Source: Mobula hypostoma
Lineage: Eukaryota
Assembly: GCF_963921235.1 (NCBI RefSeq)
Contig: NC_086118.1
Location: forward strand, 18,602,001 to 18,666,000
Direction: 5' to 3'
Length of the DNA: 64,000 bases
Made by a program: the position numbers and the translations under genes. The notes beneath the pieces are model-generated. The model did not search any database and was not told the DNA's origin. It saw only the letters and a program-made list of their open reading frames with translations. Shown here piece after piece: positions 48,573 through 61,904 of the stretch (positions are counted from its first letter, which is position 1; each line of letters starts with the position of its first letter).

Positions 48573-51491
48573 GCAAATATCCAACTAAGACCTTGTACTG
48601 GAAAAAAGAGAACTCCTGTGGGAATGACATCGAAATACAACAACCACAAACTACACTAGGTTTGTATGCGGTAAAAATAGGAGCACCAGAATTATGAGGC
48701 TGTGATTGGCTGAGGCAACTACAATTTCGTTGGATATCCATCACCATTTGCGTGTCACATCCCCTGCAATACAGTCAACTGAAGGTGAATTAAGAAAGGT
48801 ACTGGCTTTGCAGTGTCACAGCAGTGTGCAAGGATAGCATTGGAAAACTCAGACTTATCAAGAGTAAAATAGTGTTAAATGAAAATACCACACCCAAGTT
48901 TTGCAAAGCCTGTCTGATTCTTTATACCATCTTGGATAAAGTAGCCAATGAGCCAAATTCAGTTGAGGCTAAAGGAATTCTTTCCAAGGTCAAGTGGAGA
49001 ACATGGGCAGTGCCACTTGACCCAGTATCCAAGAAAGATGGCTCTGTCAGTATCTATGGTGATTTTAAGGTCACATCAATTCAGGACTGAAAGTGAATCA
49101 ATACTTTCTGCCCAGGATAGAGGATATCTTTGCAAACCGTTCTAGCATGAAACACTTCAGCAAAGTGGATTTAGCTGAGGCCTACATGGATATGAAAGAA
49201 GAGTTCAAAGTATTTCTCTGCATGAACACTCACAAAGGGCTTTATTGCTGTAAAAGGTTATTTTTGGAGTAGCATCTGCACCTCCACTCTGGCAGAAAGC
49301 TATGGACTAGGTGAAGTAAGGCTGCCCAAGCACTCAGAGTTACCTGGATGACATCTATATTACTGGTAAGGGTGACAAGGAACATCTCAAAAATCTCAAG
49401 ACAGTGTTAAAAAGATTTGAAGATTATGAGCTCAGAGCATGACACATCAAGTGTAAATTCTTTAAACCAAGGCTCACTTATTTATTATATAGTGTGGTCA
49501 CACCATTGATGCACAAAGATTACATAAGTGTGCTGAAAAATTCAAGCAGCAGTGGATGCCCCATGGCCAAAGGATGTGTCACAGATGCAGTACTTTATAG
49601 GATTTGCCAATTACTGTAACAGATTCCTGCCAAACCTGGCTACTGTGCTCTACCCCTTGAACTCATTACTACAGATCGGAAAGAAATGGCAATGGACAAA
49701 GCGGTGTGAGGTAGCTTTCCAAACGTTAAAAGAAATGATGATGTCATACATTGTACTCACACATTATGATCCACAGTGCCCAGTGAAGCTTGCCTGTCAT
49801 GCCTCGCGTTGTGGTACAGATGCAGTCATGTCACATATTATGAAATATGGAAGTGAATTCCCCATAGCCATTCCATCACATTCCCTTACCACTGAAGAGA
49901 AAAATTACACATAGATTGATAGAGGAGCATTGAGTCTGGTTTGGTGCACAAAACGTTTCAACCAGCACTGTATGGGAGAGAGTTTAACCTCATTACTGAT
50001 CATCAACCATTAGTGTCCATTTTCAATCCACAGAAATGTGTTCCACTAACAGCAGCAGCAGAAATGCAAAGATGGGCTCTGTCTCTTGGAGGACACAATT
50101 ACAAGATTGAAATCATGGGGGTAACTAATCATGGAAATGCTGATGGATCGTCCCATTTACCCTTGGTAAGGAAATACCTGAAACATTATCAAAACAAGAC
50201 ACTCCTCTTGATATATTCTCCCTAATGCAAATTGCAAGTCTTCCTATTATGGCAGTGATGATCCAAAGGGAATCCAGAAAGGATCCCACACTGTCTCAGG
50301 TCTACATGATAAAATGGCTGGAAAATGCAGCAGAAACTCCAGTTTCCCCATTTCTATCAGTGCTGGATGACCTCACACTTGATGTGGTTTCCCTTATTTG
50401 GGAATTCAAGTTGTTATACGATTCAAGCTAAGAGCTAAAGTGTTGGAGGAGCTTCATGTGGGACATCGAGGCGCAGTCAAAATGAAAGCATTGGCTGGAA
50501 ACTGGTGGCCAGGGAGAAATCAGCTAATTGAGCAGCTTGCCATACACTGTTCAGTATGCCAACACGTTCAGAAGATGCCAAGAGCAGATCCTCTCCATCC
50601 TTGGATTGCCCTCTGGCAGAGAATTTATGCTGATTTTCCTGCACTATTCATGGGGGCACAAGTTTCTCAGTAGTAGTGGATGCAGCTACAAAATGGCCAT
50701 AAGTGTTCCCAATAGCCTCCTCAATGGCCTCGCGCACTGTTAATGTGTTGAGAAGCCCCTTCTCAAGGACTGGTGTTCCAGAACATTTAGTGAAAATGAA
50801 TGGAATAAGATATATTATATCTGCACCATACCACCAAGCTACAAAAGGCTTGGCGGAAAGTTTTGCCTGGAGTCTAAAGAAAGCACTGTGAGTAATGTCA
50901 GCAGAACACACTACACTAACACTGAATCAAAAGCTCACCTACTTCCTCCTTGCCTGTCACAATACAGCACACTCCCCAACCAACAACTCACCAGCTATGC
51001 TGTTCCTGGTTTGTCCCTTGTGCTCATGCTTGGATCTGCTCAAATCCAATCTCAGGATCATGCAGGGCAAACAGCTGAGACAATCTGAGTTGAAGGCCCC
51101 AAAAACAAGGATGTTTCATTCTTTGACGAGTAGTCCTAGTGAGGGACTACAGAAGTGGGTACTTGGTAAGATTAAAGCCAGAACTGGACCACTCTCACAA
51201 AGTGGAGATTGCTTCTGATGTCATCTGGAGCCAACACATTTATCAGTATCAGAACCACCTCCTGTATTCCCAGAGTCAACTCCTACAACCACCACAGACT
51301 AGGCCACAAATTCTGAAATTGTTTTGCAGCCACAAGTCTCTCTTGCCAAGCAGAGTGACCTCCCTTGAGAGGGAAGTCGTTATCGAGCAAGAGTAATAAA
51401 TCCCCCTCAATAATTACATCTCTAGGCTTGAATAGAACAATATAAATTGATTATGCTATGGATTATAAATATATTGTTTGATTAAACATTC

Positions 51492-51778
51492 AGATCAATT
51501 CAATCCAAGATTAATTGTCATTTAACCATGCATGACTACCTATGAATACAGCCAAATGAAATCCAGAGTCAAGGTGCAAAACACAGTACCAACTGCCATA
51601 CACAGCACAAGGCACATGTAGCACATATAAGATATACAATCCAAGACCCTGAGTCCTTGAATGTAGAAGCAGTCTGCAGTCCAACACAATACGGCTTGTT
51701 TTCTACTGTATGAACACTAGAGGTCTGTACCAACTCCACCCTGGAGGCCACACCACACCGCCCTTGGCACTCCAGTGG
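51492..51778 (-). mobile_element. Truncated retroposon inserted in the gypsy 3' LTR
   Basis: Tail shared with 8208-8270; flanks AACATTC / AGCATTC. Confidence 0.55.
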
Positions 51779-52049
51779 AGCATTCTTTGTTTAATTCATT
51801 ATGGGTTATATGTAAAAGTACATGGATGGCATACATCATCACACCAACATGATATATACGTGCACCTCAATACAATTAAAACGAAGTATACATGCATATC
51901 CCATATTCGCTGTTTTTATTTTGATTAGTTTTATGTCTTGGAGTTACAAAACCTAACAATTTGTCTCTCTTCTCTTTGCTCATCCTTGCTCCGGACAAAT
52001 CGACAGTTGTTTTTCACTAGAAAACCAACAGTGACTCCAATAGTAACAT

Positions 52050-52535
52050 TATCGAAAGGATGCAGAGTTGATTTACGAGGATGTTGCCTGGAATGGGAAG
52101 CATGCCTTATGAGAAAAGGTTGAGCGAACTTGGCCTTTTCTCCTTGGAGTGGCGGGGGACGAGAGGTGACCGGATAGAGGTGTATAAGGTGATGAGAGGC
52201 ATTGATCTTGTGGATAGTCAGAGGCTTTTTCCCAGGGCTGAAATGGCTAACATGATTGGGCACAGTTTTAAGGTGCTTGGAAGAAGGTACAGAGGAGATG
52301 TCGGGGTAAGGTTTTACGCAGAGAGTGGTGAATGCGTGGAATGGGCTGCCAGCAATGGTGGTGGAAGCAGATATGATACGGTCTTTTAAGAAACTCCAGG
52401 ATAGGTTCATGGAGCTTAGAAAAATAGAGGGCTATGAGTAACCCTAGATAATTTTTAAGGTAAGGATATGTTCGGCACAACTTTGTTGGCCAAAGGGCCT
52501 GTATTGTGCTGTAGGTTTTCTATGTTTCTACTATA
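52050..52535 (+). mobile_element. CR1 3' fragment
   Basis: MLPGMGSMPYEKRLSELGLFSLE.R..RGD.IEVYK; tail TTCTATGTTTCTA. Confidence 0.85.
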
Positions 52536-52824
52536 AGTCTTTGGAACATTCCAAAGATTTATAAATGCTTTGGGTCAATGTGCTTGGGAGAAATGTATTC
52601 ACACAGATTTAACTGATACTGAAATGTGTTAAGCATTTGCTTTGTTGGATTGGACGTCTTAGTGCAAATCCCTGACTCTTTAGTGTAAACCTCCCTCCAA
52701 ATGATGCCAATAGCAGGGAAACACACAAAATATTTTCTCTGGTGTGAGTTTTTCATCTCAGTAGCCTGCAGAACAATATTTCTTCTCATGAAAACACACA
52801 GGCATACAGGTATATACCAAAAGG

Positions 52825-53745
52825 TCATAGGAGCAAGAGGAGGCCACCGATCTCTTCAAGCCTCCCCAACCCATTCAGTATGATCATGGTTTATCTATCG
52901 TCTAGTACTCTGTGCCAGTTCTCCATAACCCTCATTTCCTCTATCTTCTAAATATTTATCTATCGCCACCTTTACTATAATTGAATGACTTTCACACATC
53001 GGGGGATTGAGTTCAAGAGCCGTGAGATAATGTTGCATCTCTATAAAAGCCAGTGTAGACCACACTTGGAATATTGTGTTCAGTCCTGGTTGCCTCAGTA
53101 TAGGAAGGATATAGAAGCTTTAGAGAGGTGCAGAGGATTTTTAGCAGAATGCTGTCTGGATTACAGAGCATGTATTATGAGGATGGGTCGATCAAGTGAG
53201 GATTTTTCTCTTTGGAGTGAAGAAGGATGAGAGCCATCTTGATAGAGGTGTATGTGATGATAAATATAGTTCAAATGGATAGCCAGAGACTTTTTCCAAA
53301 GATGGAAATAGTTAATACGAGGGGCATAATTTTAAGGTGATTGGAGGAAAAGTGTGGGAGGGGAGGTGGATGTTAGAGGTAATTTTTTTACACTGGAAGT
53401 GGTGAGTTCATGGATCATGGTAGTCGAGGCAGATACATTCAAGATTAAAAGAAAATCTGAAAGAGACATATGGATGATTGAAGAATGGGGGCTATGAAGG
53501 AGGAAGGGGTTAGATTGATCTTAGAGTAGGTTAAAAGGTCAGCACAACATCATGGCCAAAGGGTCTGTACTGTTGTGTAGTGTTCAATTTTCTACCTTCT
53601 AATGAACTGGCCTCCAACACTATCAGGGTTGGAGAATTCCAGAGAATCACTACCTTCTGTGAGAAGAAATTTTTGTGCACCTCTGTATTAAACAAATGGC
53701 CCCTCACTTGTCATTATGTCCCCTTGTTTGTCACTCTTCCATTTG
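52825..53745. mobile_element. CR1 3' fragment (+, ~52990-53595) nested in an older minus-strand CR1 tail
   Basis: GIEFKSREIMLHLYKS..RPHLEYCVQ.W; flanking minus-strand tail pieces at 52825-52975 and 53600-53745. Confidence 0.7.
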
Positions 53746-55779
53746 TGAAAATGTCTCTGTCACACCTCGCTCTCATGTGCAGGTAAGCATGCCTGATGAG
53801 GGTCACCAGTTGGAAAAAACACAGATGGGAAGCCGTAACAGCACTTTGGCGCCAGGTGAAAAAAAGAACAACAGCTGCCCAAAAGTTGTGAAGAAAAACG
53901 TATTCACAATTCGACAAACGAAAACAAACATGTTATGTGAGGCTTTCTCCACGACGCACTTTGTCTTTAATTTTCCAAAATAACTTTTCACCAACTGTCA
54001 GCTCCAGCCTCCATACCTCTCAGCAAAGCCAGACTGAGAGTTTAAATCTGCCTCTGTAAGGTGTAGTGAGCCTGATCCCACTAACCCAGGGATTATTTTA
54101 GCACGTCCCAAACTGTCCCTTGTGTCCTTTGGGGTTGTTCTGGTGTGAATGAAAATAAATGAAACCGGTTGGAATGCCTGTGTCTAGAATACTTATTTTT
54201 ATGAGTTATAAACCAGTAGGGCATGTTAACTGAAGGGATTGTTTTGATTAGCCAAGCTAGCGATCGTTTTACTGTTGGGGTGTGTAACTGTCGAATTCCC
54301 AAGAATTGTAGATTGGGAGGGCAACGTGTGTGAACCACTGGAGAAACTAGACCAGGGACAGAATGAGGAGGAGTGACTAACCAGGCAAAGAGGCAAGGCT
54401 AGTGGGAAAATTAGCACTGCCAACCTGTACTGTCATGATCTCAATATCTATCCTGTCAAGGCTTCTTAGGATCTTACAATTTTAAATAAGAACACCACAC
54501 ATTTCAAAAGAATACAGACCCAAACTACAAAGAATGTTTTGGCTCTTTATTTAGCCTGGTTTCAGAAGAAAAGGACTGGTGAAGTCTGGTTGCTCATTGA
54601 GGAAATGAGAATGAGGAGATTCACCAAACCTCGGGTAAGAGTGCCATCCTACTTGAAGACGCTGCGTAGTCTGGGTCTGTATTCTTTTAAGATGAGTGGT
54701 ATTCTCTTTTTATATTATTGCAGATGTTACACCTGCTGCTCTAAATAGTGGCAAATGTAAGAAATTCCAAAGCATTAAATGAGAAATAATGCACTAAAAC
54801 AATTATTGGCAGCTTCTGTGTGGGGTTACAGCTGCAAAGATCACAGTCCTGTTTTGTGAACAATGCAAAGAAAGATCTTGGTTTTCATGTGCCCTTCAGC
54901 TGATGCATAATGCTGTTTTGTCTCCATTGTAAGATAGTAATGCAATTTCCAGACCAATAGCATTGATTTCAGATAATATTGATCAGACAAATTATAAATA
55001 TGAAAGCCTTGGTGCCAGACAGCAGTGGAAAGTAATCCGTTTCACCTTATTCTGGAGTTGCTGGAGGACAACAGACCATTTAACCTCATGACGCTTCAGG
55101 TGGTCTGGAGATTTGGTGGCAGACTTCCAGCATCAAAAACAGATTATAGTCTTCCTATTCACCACTTCAGATTGTCCCACAGCTGATGATCAGACCAATG
55201 TTTGCACCAGAGCTTGGCAAATCACCAGACATATTTACATTAGCACTGATGCCAGCGGTATCAAAAACAATCCACCCTCCGGCATTTAATCCTTTAAACA
55301 TCACTTTTCAATCCCTAAAAAATCTAGCTGTTTTGCAAATGCATTTATTTCAAATTAAGAGCTTTGTACCTCGGCACCATATTCAGTCACTGCTGACATA
55401 GAAACTGATCCAGGCAGAACCTTCAGATAATGAGTCAAGTGTGAAGATTTCCCCAGCCATTTCTGGCTTTGACGCTTTCACACTGAAAGTGTCAAATCTA
55501 GCTAGTTAGGAACGTTTCATGTTAGTAATTTTGCACAACAAGTCCTTGTATTCACTCTGCACCTGAAGCATTATGAATAGGTCTGGGTAACTGTCATCTT
55601 GCATTTTCACTGTAATCAAAAATTTACCTTTACCAAACGGGGCCCTAATTCCATGAGAATTTATACACAGTGCAAACTGGTGAATGATTACACCACTACT
55701 TGATCGCTATGTTACGTTGAAAAGAAGATACAATGTGAAATTGAGAAGAGGGAGAAGAAGAGACCTAATGTAAACTTAC

Positions 55780-55872
55780 CAGTGGACTGTCCAGCATTTA
55801 GTGGAGAGAGCTATGAGGATTTGTTTATGATGCTCCAGCCAGCAGTCTGGGCTTGTTGGAGTATCGCGCATA
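55780..55872 (-). other. Candidate 93-nt internal (cassette) exon of an unidentified gene
   Basis: Long CT-rich tract then CCTCACAG acceptor; donor CTG/GTAAGT; length divisible by 3; one open frame (x)MRDTPTSPDCWLEHHKQILIALSTKCWTVH; lies in unique DNA. Confidence 0.55.
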
Positions 55873-55905
55873 CTGTGAGGAATTAAGCAAAAAGGCAAAA
55901 GTAGA

Positions 55906-55923
55906 AAGAGAGAGAGAGAGAGA
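55906..55923. repeat. (AG)n microsatellite, part of the exon's pyrimidine tract on the minus strand
   Basis: Direct reading. Confidence 0.9.
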
Positions 55924-57009
55924 AAGCAATACCAGAGAAGCCTTCACTGACGTTAATTCACTATTCTGAATTACTCAAGTAACGTGTGGCACCCGCTGGT
56001 TTTACTCTGTTCAATTTATGGCCTCATTTTGGTGTAGTTCACAAATGACAGACTTTACACTTAGAATATGTCCCATGGCAACAGCCACATAAAGCACCCA
56101 TCATGAATGCCAGCTTGACATCATGAAAAGCTGCATTTTGAATGAAATTCTGCACTCTGATCATTCCAAAGGCTTCTGCAAGTGTGTTGAGCCAAGGCAT
56201 AGGTTTGGCTCCTCATGCTTGTGGCTGGCTGATAGCCTCCATCACAGGCTGTTAAGCAAGCAGATATGGTTGTTTTTATTTTATCTGAACTGCTGGAGCT
56301 TGCCCAGGCCTTCACCCAGGGAGAGACCTTGCCTGCCATGAACTTTGTAGGAGTTCAGTAAGCTGCATGCAAGGATGTGTGGCAGCTCTGTTTGGCAGCA
56401 GTCAAATACTATTTATCATCCACCAGTCGTTAGAGTTGACTTTAGAAAAGACACATTTAGCTACTCATTTTTATCAGTCTGTTAGTAGGGTTCATTATCT
56501 GTGAAAGAATGAACTCCGCAGTTTCCTTACAGTTGATGAGGGTTATTTTCTGCTAAAATATTTACAGCCTAGCCCCAGGTACACATATAATTCAAGAGTT
56601 ATTCTAGCGCTGCTGAAACCATGGTTACAATTCTAGTCTAGTACAAACTGCCAGTTGCACCTCTTATTAATAGAACACATGCAATGTGCCATACTGAGGT
56701 ATTGATTCTTTTGAATGCCCATTATGTCAAACTGTTCCACAAAATCCAGGAGAGTCAATAAATCAGGGCAAAGCACTCACAGTCTCAAATCAGATTTGGG
56801 AAAGCAGAGATTATGCTTTGCATTATGTAACGGAAAGATACAAATGCCTCCCTTCTTCATCCCACCCTTCTTTCAATCCACTCCAATAGCAAAGTATGGT
56901 AGGAGACCACATCTAAATCTAACAACTCAACATGAAAAGACAGAATAAAGGTGTAGACTATTTTCAAAATGGGGAGAGAAATTGGCCATGAGATAATAAA
57001 TCAGGCATG

Positions 57010-57182
57010 TTGGAATAGCAAAGCAGACCAGGCAAACATCTATGGAAACAAGTACAGTCGACATTTTGAGCCAAAACCCTTCGGCAGGACTGGAGAAATA
57101 GCAGACCTGACCTGCTCAGTTCCTGCAGCATTTTGTGAGTGTTTTTTGGATGTCCAGCATCTGCAGATTTTCTCTTGTTTGT
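57010..57182. repeat. Penelope pseudo-LTR inverted plus direct pieces, hammerhead decayed
   Basis: Minus strand CAGTC-CTGCCGA-AGGGTTTTGGCTC-AAAA-TGTC-GACTG (57055-57092) followed by direct CCAGCATCTGCAGATTTTCTC. Confidence 0.7.
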
Positions 57183-58297
57183 TCTTAGTACTGAAGGCCT
57201 TGATTTTAATGGAGCTTTCACAAAAATTATTAGGATAACTATAACTATTAATACTGGTCTAACATCATTAATTAACATTCAAGTAATATCCAGGCCATGA
57301 CATTTTAATACTAAATATATTAAAAAAATTTTAATACAGTAATTTCATAACATTGTCTGTCTTGATAGAATTCACATCAGATATTCCTACAAAGTGAAGA
57401 TGCAACCAAGATGAATGCAGATGTCAAATTCTTTTGCAACATGTTGAGTTATTTGGCATTCCAAAAAAGAACATTAATAAGTGTGCACTGACCCAACATT
57501 AATCTGTTAGCTAATTCATGAGTGGAATAGCATCACATTTATTTGACTAAGTTATTCTCCCCTTAACACAACTCCTTGAAAAAAAACTTTCTTTAAAGTA
57601 TTTTGTGAAAATGGCATTTGTTGCTGCTTGCAATATTGAAAATCCCATTGAAAATGAAAAGTTGTTACTTTTTTCTCATTCCCTCATTGAAATTATATTC
57701 ATACTTACATATGTTCACATGAGATAGAAGTAGGCCATTTGTCCCTTGCTTTATTCTCTTTTTATTATTGCTCTGCCGAGGGAGTAAGTTATCCTGTGCA
57801 TAATTTCAGCAGCGCGGTCAATTCATTCCCACCAATCAATGTGGACACATGTTGGAATTAATTCTGAATGACATAATTGTCAAATTCACACTTTCCATCA
57901 GGGATTGCTAAACATGGTCTACAAAGTACTATTCAGAAGCTGAAATGAAAAATAGGAACTTTTAAAGGTCTTGTAACCCAAGTACAGGATTTCCTTTCAG
58001 GAATATACGTCACCTTTTTTTCCCCCTGTCTGTGATCCATTTTAAATGCTGGATTAGAGGAGCACCACTTATGTTGAACTTCCCATTTTGGATCCTATCA
58101 CTATGTATTTTGGAAACAAGTGCATGGATCTGAGGCAACATTACAAATAAAACATTTTTTTAAATTTGTGAAACTTCATTTTCTAAGAATGAGGTGTTCA
58201 AAGCCAGGTTTGTAACCTGAACAGTCCACATATATCTTTTCATATCATATTAACTAGATGTTGTCCTTTTTTCAGCCATATAAATATACGATAACAT

Positions 58298-58655
58298 TGG
58301 GCAAGGGGTACAGGAGCCCAAGTTCCCGGACCACCTAGTTCAGGAAAAGTTATTACCCTTCAACAATCAGGCTTCTGCATCAGTGTGGATAACTTCATTC
58401 ACCACAGCACTGAACTGCCTCCATAACCGATAGACTCAATTTCACAACTCAGTGTTACTGATTTATCTATCTACCTATCAATTAATTTGCAAGATTTGTC
58501 TTCTTTTGCACAATGGTTGTTTGTTAGTCTTTGTTACTTATAGTTTTTCATACATTCTATTGTATTTCTTTATTTTCCCATAAATGCCTGCAAGAAAATG
58601 AATCTCAAGGGGACATATCTGCACTTTGATAATAAATTTACTTTGAATTTTGATT
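58298..58655 (+). mobile_element. Rex1/Babar 3' end with UTR and tail
   Basis: GYRSP.SRTT*FRKSYYPSTIRLL then UTR ending CTTTGATAATAAATTTACTTTGAATTTTGA. Confidence 0.75.
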
Positions 58656-58714
58656 ATTTCCTGAAGATTTTGACACATTGTTGCAAAAACTGTAACTCAG
58701 CATTCCTAATGCTG

Positions 58715-59915
58715 AATTCTGAAGCTACGGAACCTGGGCCTCTGTAACCACCTCTGTAACTGGATCCTCGACATCCTAAATGGAAGACCACAATCTGTGT
58801 GGACTGGTAATAAGATCTCTTCCTCACTGACAATCAGCACTGGTGCACCTCAGGAATGTGTGCTTAGCCCACTGCTGTACTCTCTCTACACCCATGACTG
58901 TGTGGCTAGGCATAGCTCAAATGCCATCTATAAATTTGCTGATGATACAACCATTGTTGGCATAGTCACAGATGGAGATGAGAGGGCATAGAGGAGCGAG
59001 ATATACCAGCTAGTTGAGTGGTGTCACAGCAGCAACCTTACACATAACGTCAGTAAGACCAAAGAGCTGATTGTGGACTTCAGAAAGGCTAAGACGAGGG
59101 ATCGTGAACCAATCCTCATTGAGGGATCAGAAGTGGAGAGGGTGACCAATTTCATGTTCCTGGGTATCAATATCTCTGAGGATCTAACATGGTCCCAAGG
59201 TTATATCGATGCAGCTATAAAGAAGGCAAGACAGTGGCTATATTTCATTAGGGGTTTGAGGAAATTTGGTTCATTAACTAAACTACTTGAAAACTTCTAC
59301 AGCTGTACCATAGAGAGCATTCTGACAGGCTGCATCACCATCTGGTATGGCGGTGGCGGGGGGGGGGAGGGGTGGAGGCAGGTGGTGGCTGCTGCACAGG
59401 ATAGAAAGAAGCTACAGAAAGTTGTAAAATTAGTTAGCTCCATCATGGCTACTAGCCGTAGTGTCCAAGGCATCTTCAAGCAGCAGTGCTTCAGAAAGGC
59501 GATGTCTATTTCAAAGGACCCCCTTCACCCAGGACATGACCTCTTCTCATTGCTACCATCAGCACTACTATTTTTAATTTAACTATTAAATATAGATATG
59601 TATACATGGACCAGCTGGTGGTGTAATGGCATCAGCACTGGACTTTGAGCGGGTGGTCCTGAGTTCAAATCTGGCTAGGTTCCAACTTGGGACAGCAGCA
59701 GTATCCATGCTGAAGAAGGGCCTGGAAATCTACTTCCATGAAAACCCTATGGACAACTGCACTATCCATAGGGTCACCATGTGTTGACGATGACTTGACA
59801 GTACCCAACAACAACAATGTATATACTGTAATTCATATATATACTTTTTTCTATATTTATCATGTATTCCGTGCTACTAAGTTAACAGATTTCAATATTA
59901 AACCTGATTCCGATC
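58715..59915 (+). mobile_element. Rex1/Babar LINE 3' part
   Basis: [79 protein letters not shown]. Confidence 0.9.
59608..59817 (+). mobile_element. SINE with tRNA-derived head and RTE-type tail
   Basis: A-box TGGTGTAATGG; B-box GAGTTCAAATC; tail GAAAACCCTATGGAC..CCATAGGGTCACCATG.GTTGAC..GACTTGACAGTACC(CAA)n; flanking ATGTATA repeats. Confidence 0.75.
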
Positions 59916-60854
59916 TCAAAACTTCAATAATTAATGATTCTGCAGCCAAGTCTGAAGGTGATTACACTTCCTCCATTGCCTTTCTTACGCTTCAAAACTT
60001 ATCAAATCCCACAATCAGAGTTGAAGAAATTAAAATAAATGTTAACTTGACTCTGTAATTTAGAGATACCATAATAATTCCTCAAGATTGATGCCACCAC
60101 TTAATGTTCACATTGTGTTAAAGTGATATCCTTTTTAATCCACATGGATAGGAACACTACAGTTTTTGGTCAAAGTTTGCAAGGGAAGTGTTAACATAGA
60201 ACATAAATACATCACACATTATTACAAAATAAAAGATGGAATCAAAGGTTCAGGGAATTGCGTGGAGGGCAGATTAAGTAGTGGTATGCTTAATATGACA
60301 CAATTCAGTACCTTGATTCATCTTCGGCAACATTGTAAGATCTTGAATTGAAAGGTTGTTCTGTTCTTAGCCTGCTGTATCAGAGTTGAGTGCATCAATG
60401 GCGAAGGCACCACCTGACTTGCCACAGCTCAGTAAAGCAAGGATGCAGATTCGTCTCCAGGATGGCAGAAAATATTTTATAGTATTCCTCAATTAGGCAT
60501 CAAAAAAACAGATCTCTGCTCATTTCTTTTTCCATGCAACAAATATACTGACTTCCATGGTGTCCAGCTGCTTTCTAAATAAACTCAATGACCCGCTGTT
60601 CAGCTATTCATGACATTCTTTATTTATATTGACTTGCTATTCCTTATTTGGAAACTATCGTTAAGAAACTTGCATAAAAGTTATTTGAAGTATGTTCTTT
60701 TTAACACAATTGATCTGTTTCCAGTATGATCTATCAATCACGTCATTTCCTCAGTCTGAAATGCATATACTGATGTTACTAACTAGCACAATGTCTTATC
60801 CAGAATAAGGACTGAAACTTGTAGAGTGATTGAAGAAGGTGGATAAACAGTATA

Positions 60855-61230
60855 ATAGAATACACTGTAGATCAATACAGCACAAGAGCAGGCCTTTGGT
60901 CTGCACCAGCAATTATGCCAATCTAAATTAATCCTTTTGGCCTGCATGTATGTATATCCCCCTATTCCCTGCATCTTCATGTGCCTTGCTAAATGGCTGT
61001 TAAAAGTTGCTGCCTATTTACTTTGACCACTTCCCTTGTCATCACATTCCAAGCACCTATTGTACCATCTTTGTGTAACAAAATTGCCATGTAATTCTAT
61101 AAACTTTCCTTTAATGCAAAACCCTATAGTAGTTGACATTTCTACACTGGGAGAAAAGGCTCTATCTCCTCTGTCTATGTCGTTCATATACTTCGATGTG
61201 CTTTGCTCCTCAGCCTCCAAAGCTACAGTG
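60855..61230 (-). mobile_element. CR1 3' fragment, decayed
   Basis: Tail ATACAGCACAAGAGCAGGCCTTTGG; minus-strand YMNDIDR..F..VEMS.T.G..GNFVTQR. Confidence 0.7.
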
Positions 61231-61904
61231 GAAACAATCCGTTTCTACAGCCTGTAATGTGCTTCCCCTCCCTCCTCCCACCCACTATCTCTCCCCATTA
61301 TGCTGTTTTACTACAGTTGCCATGGAGAACGTACATGTTGTTAAGCATTCCTGGTACTGAGGCCTGGGTTGGATTCAGCAGTATTAGACAAGCTACGTAA
61401 ACATACACCCAATATCAGACTCTCAAAACACATCCAATGACACTAAAGTCCGTCATTTGAAGAGGTTACCAGGCTGGCAGCTGAAGCTCAGAAAAGCAGA
61501 CCTCTTCACAGACTAACTTCATACTCACTCCATCGACAACCAACAAACCTCAGCTGCGGTTCTCATCTTTGCATTATCAGCCACCTCAGACCCCACTAAA
61601 GTTCAGACAGAATTCAGACATCCTCAATCTGGAGAGGTTGTCTAAGAAGAAGGCCTGTCTTCCCAGCAATCAGTGGGGACGTGACATGAAATTTGCAAAC
61701 ACTGCACATTGCTAACATTGGGAAGAGCTTTTCATGAGACCATAAGACACATAGCAGTAGAATTAGGCTATTTGGCCCATTGAATCTATTCTGCCAAAGG
61801 TGCAGATGACCTTTAACACTTTTTAAAGTTAACTTTTTCTAGATATGTGATTTCTTTGCAAGTTGTCCAACTGCATACTGAGGTAAATATAACATCTATC
61901 TGTA

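Larger units (their letters stand above)
47490..51958 (+). mobile_element. Ty3/gypsy LTR retrotransposon (Mag/K02A2.6-like), 5'-truncated and decayed
   Basis: gag LKDHLVCGI..LTLKRAV with CCHC-like remnants; protease MGLDTGSAVS; RT WAVP..KKDGSV.IYGDFK, FSKVDL, YLDD; RNase H LACHAS..LITDHQPL..HGNAD; IN LH.GH..WWPG..C..CQ, WQRIYADF, APYHQATKGLAE; partial 3' LTR ~51462-51958 ending TAACA. Confidence 0.9.

Noticed and set aside
53793..53816. CTGATGA...GAAA hammerhead-like motif
   Set aside because: No stem II, stem I or NUH arrangement can be formed
59608..59680. tRNA gene
   Set aside because: A and B boxes are present but no full cloverleaf is evident, and the sequence continues into a retroposon tail; it is a SINE head
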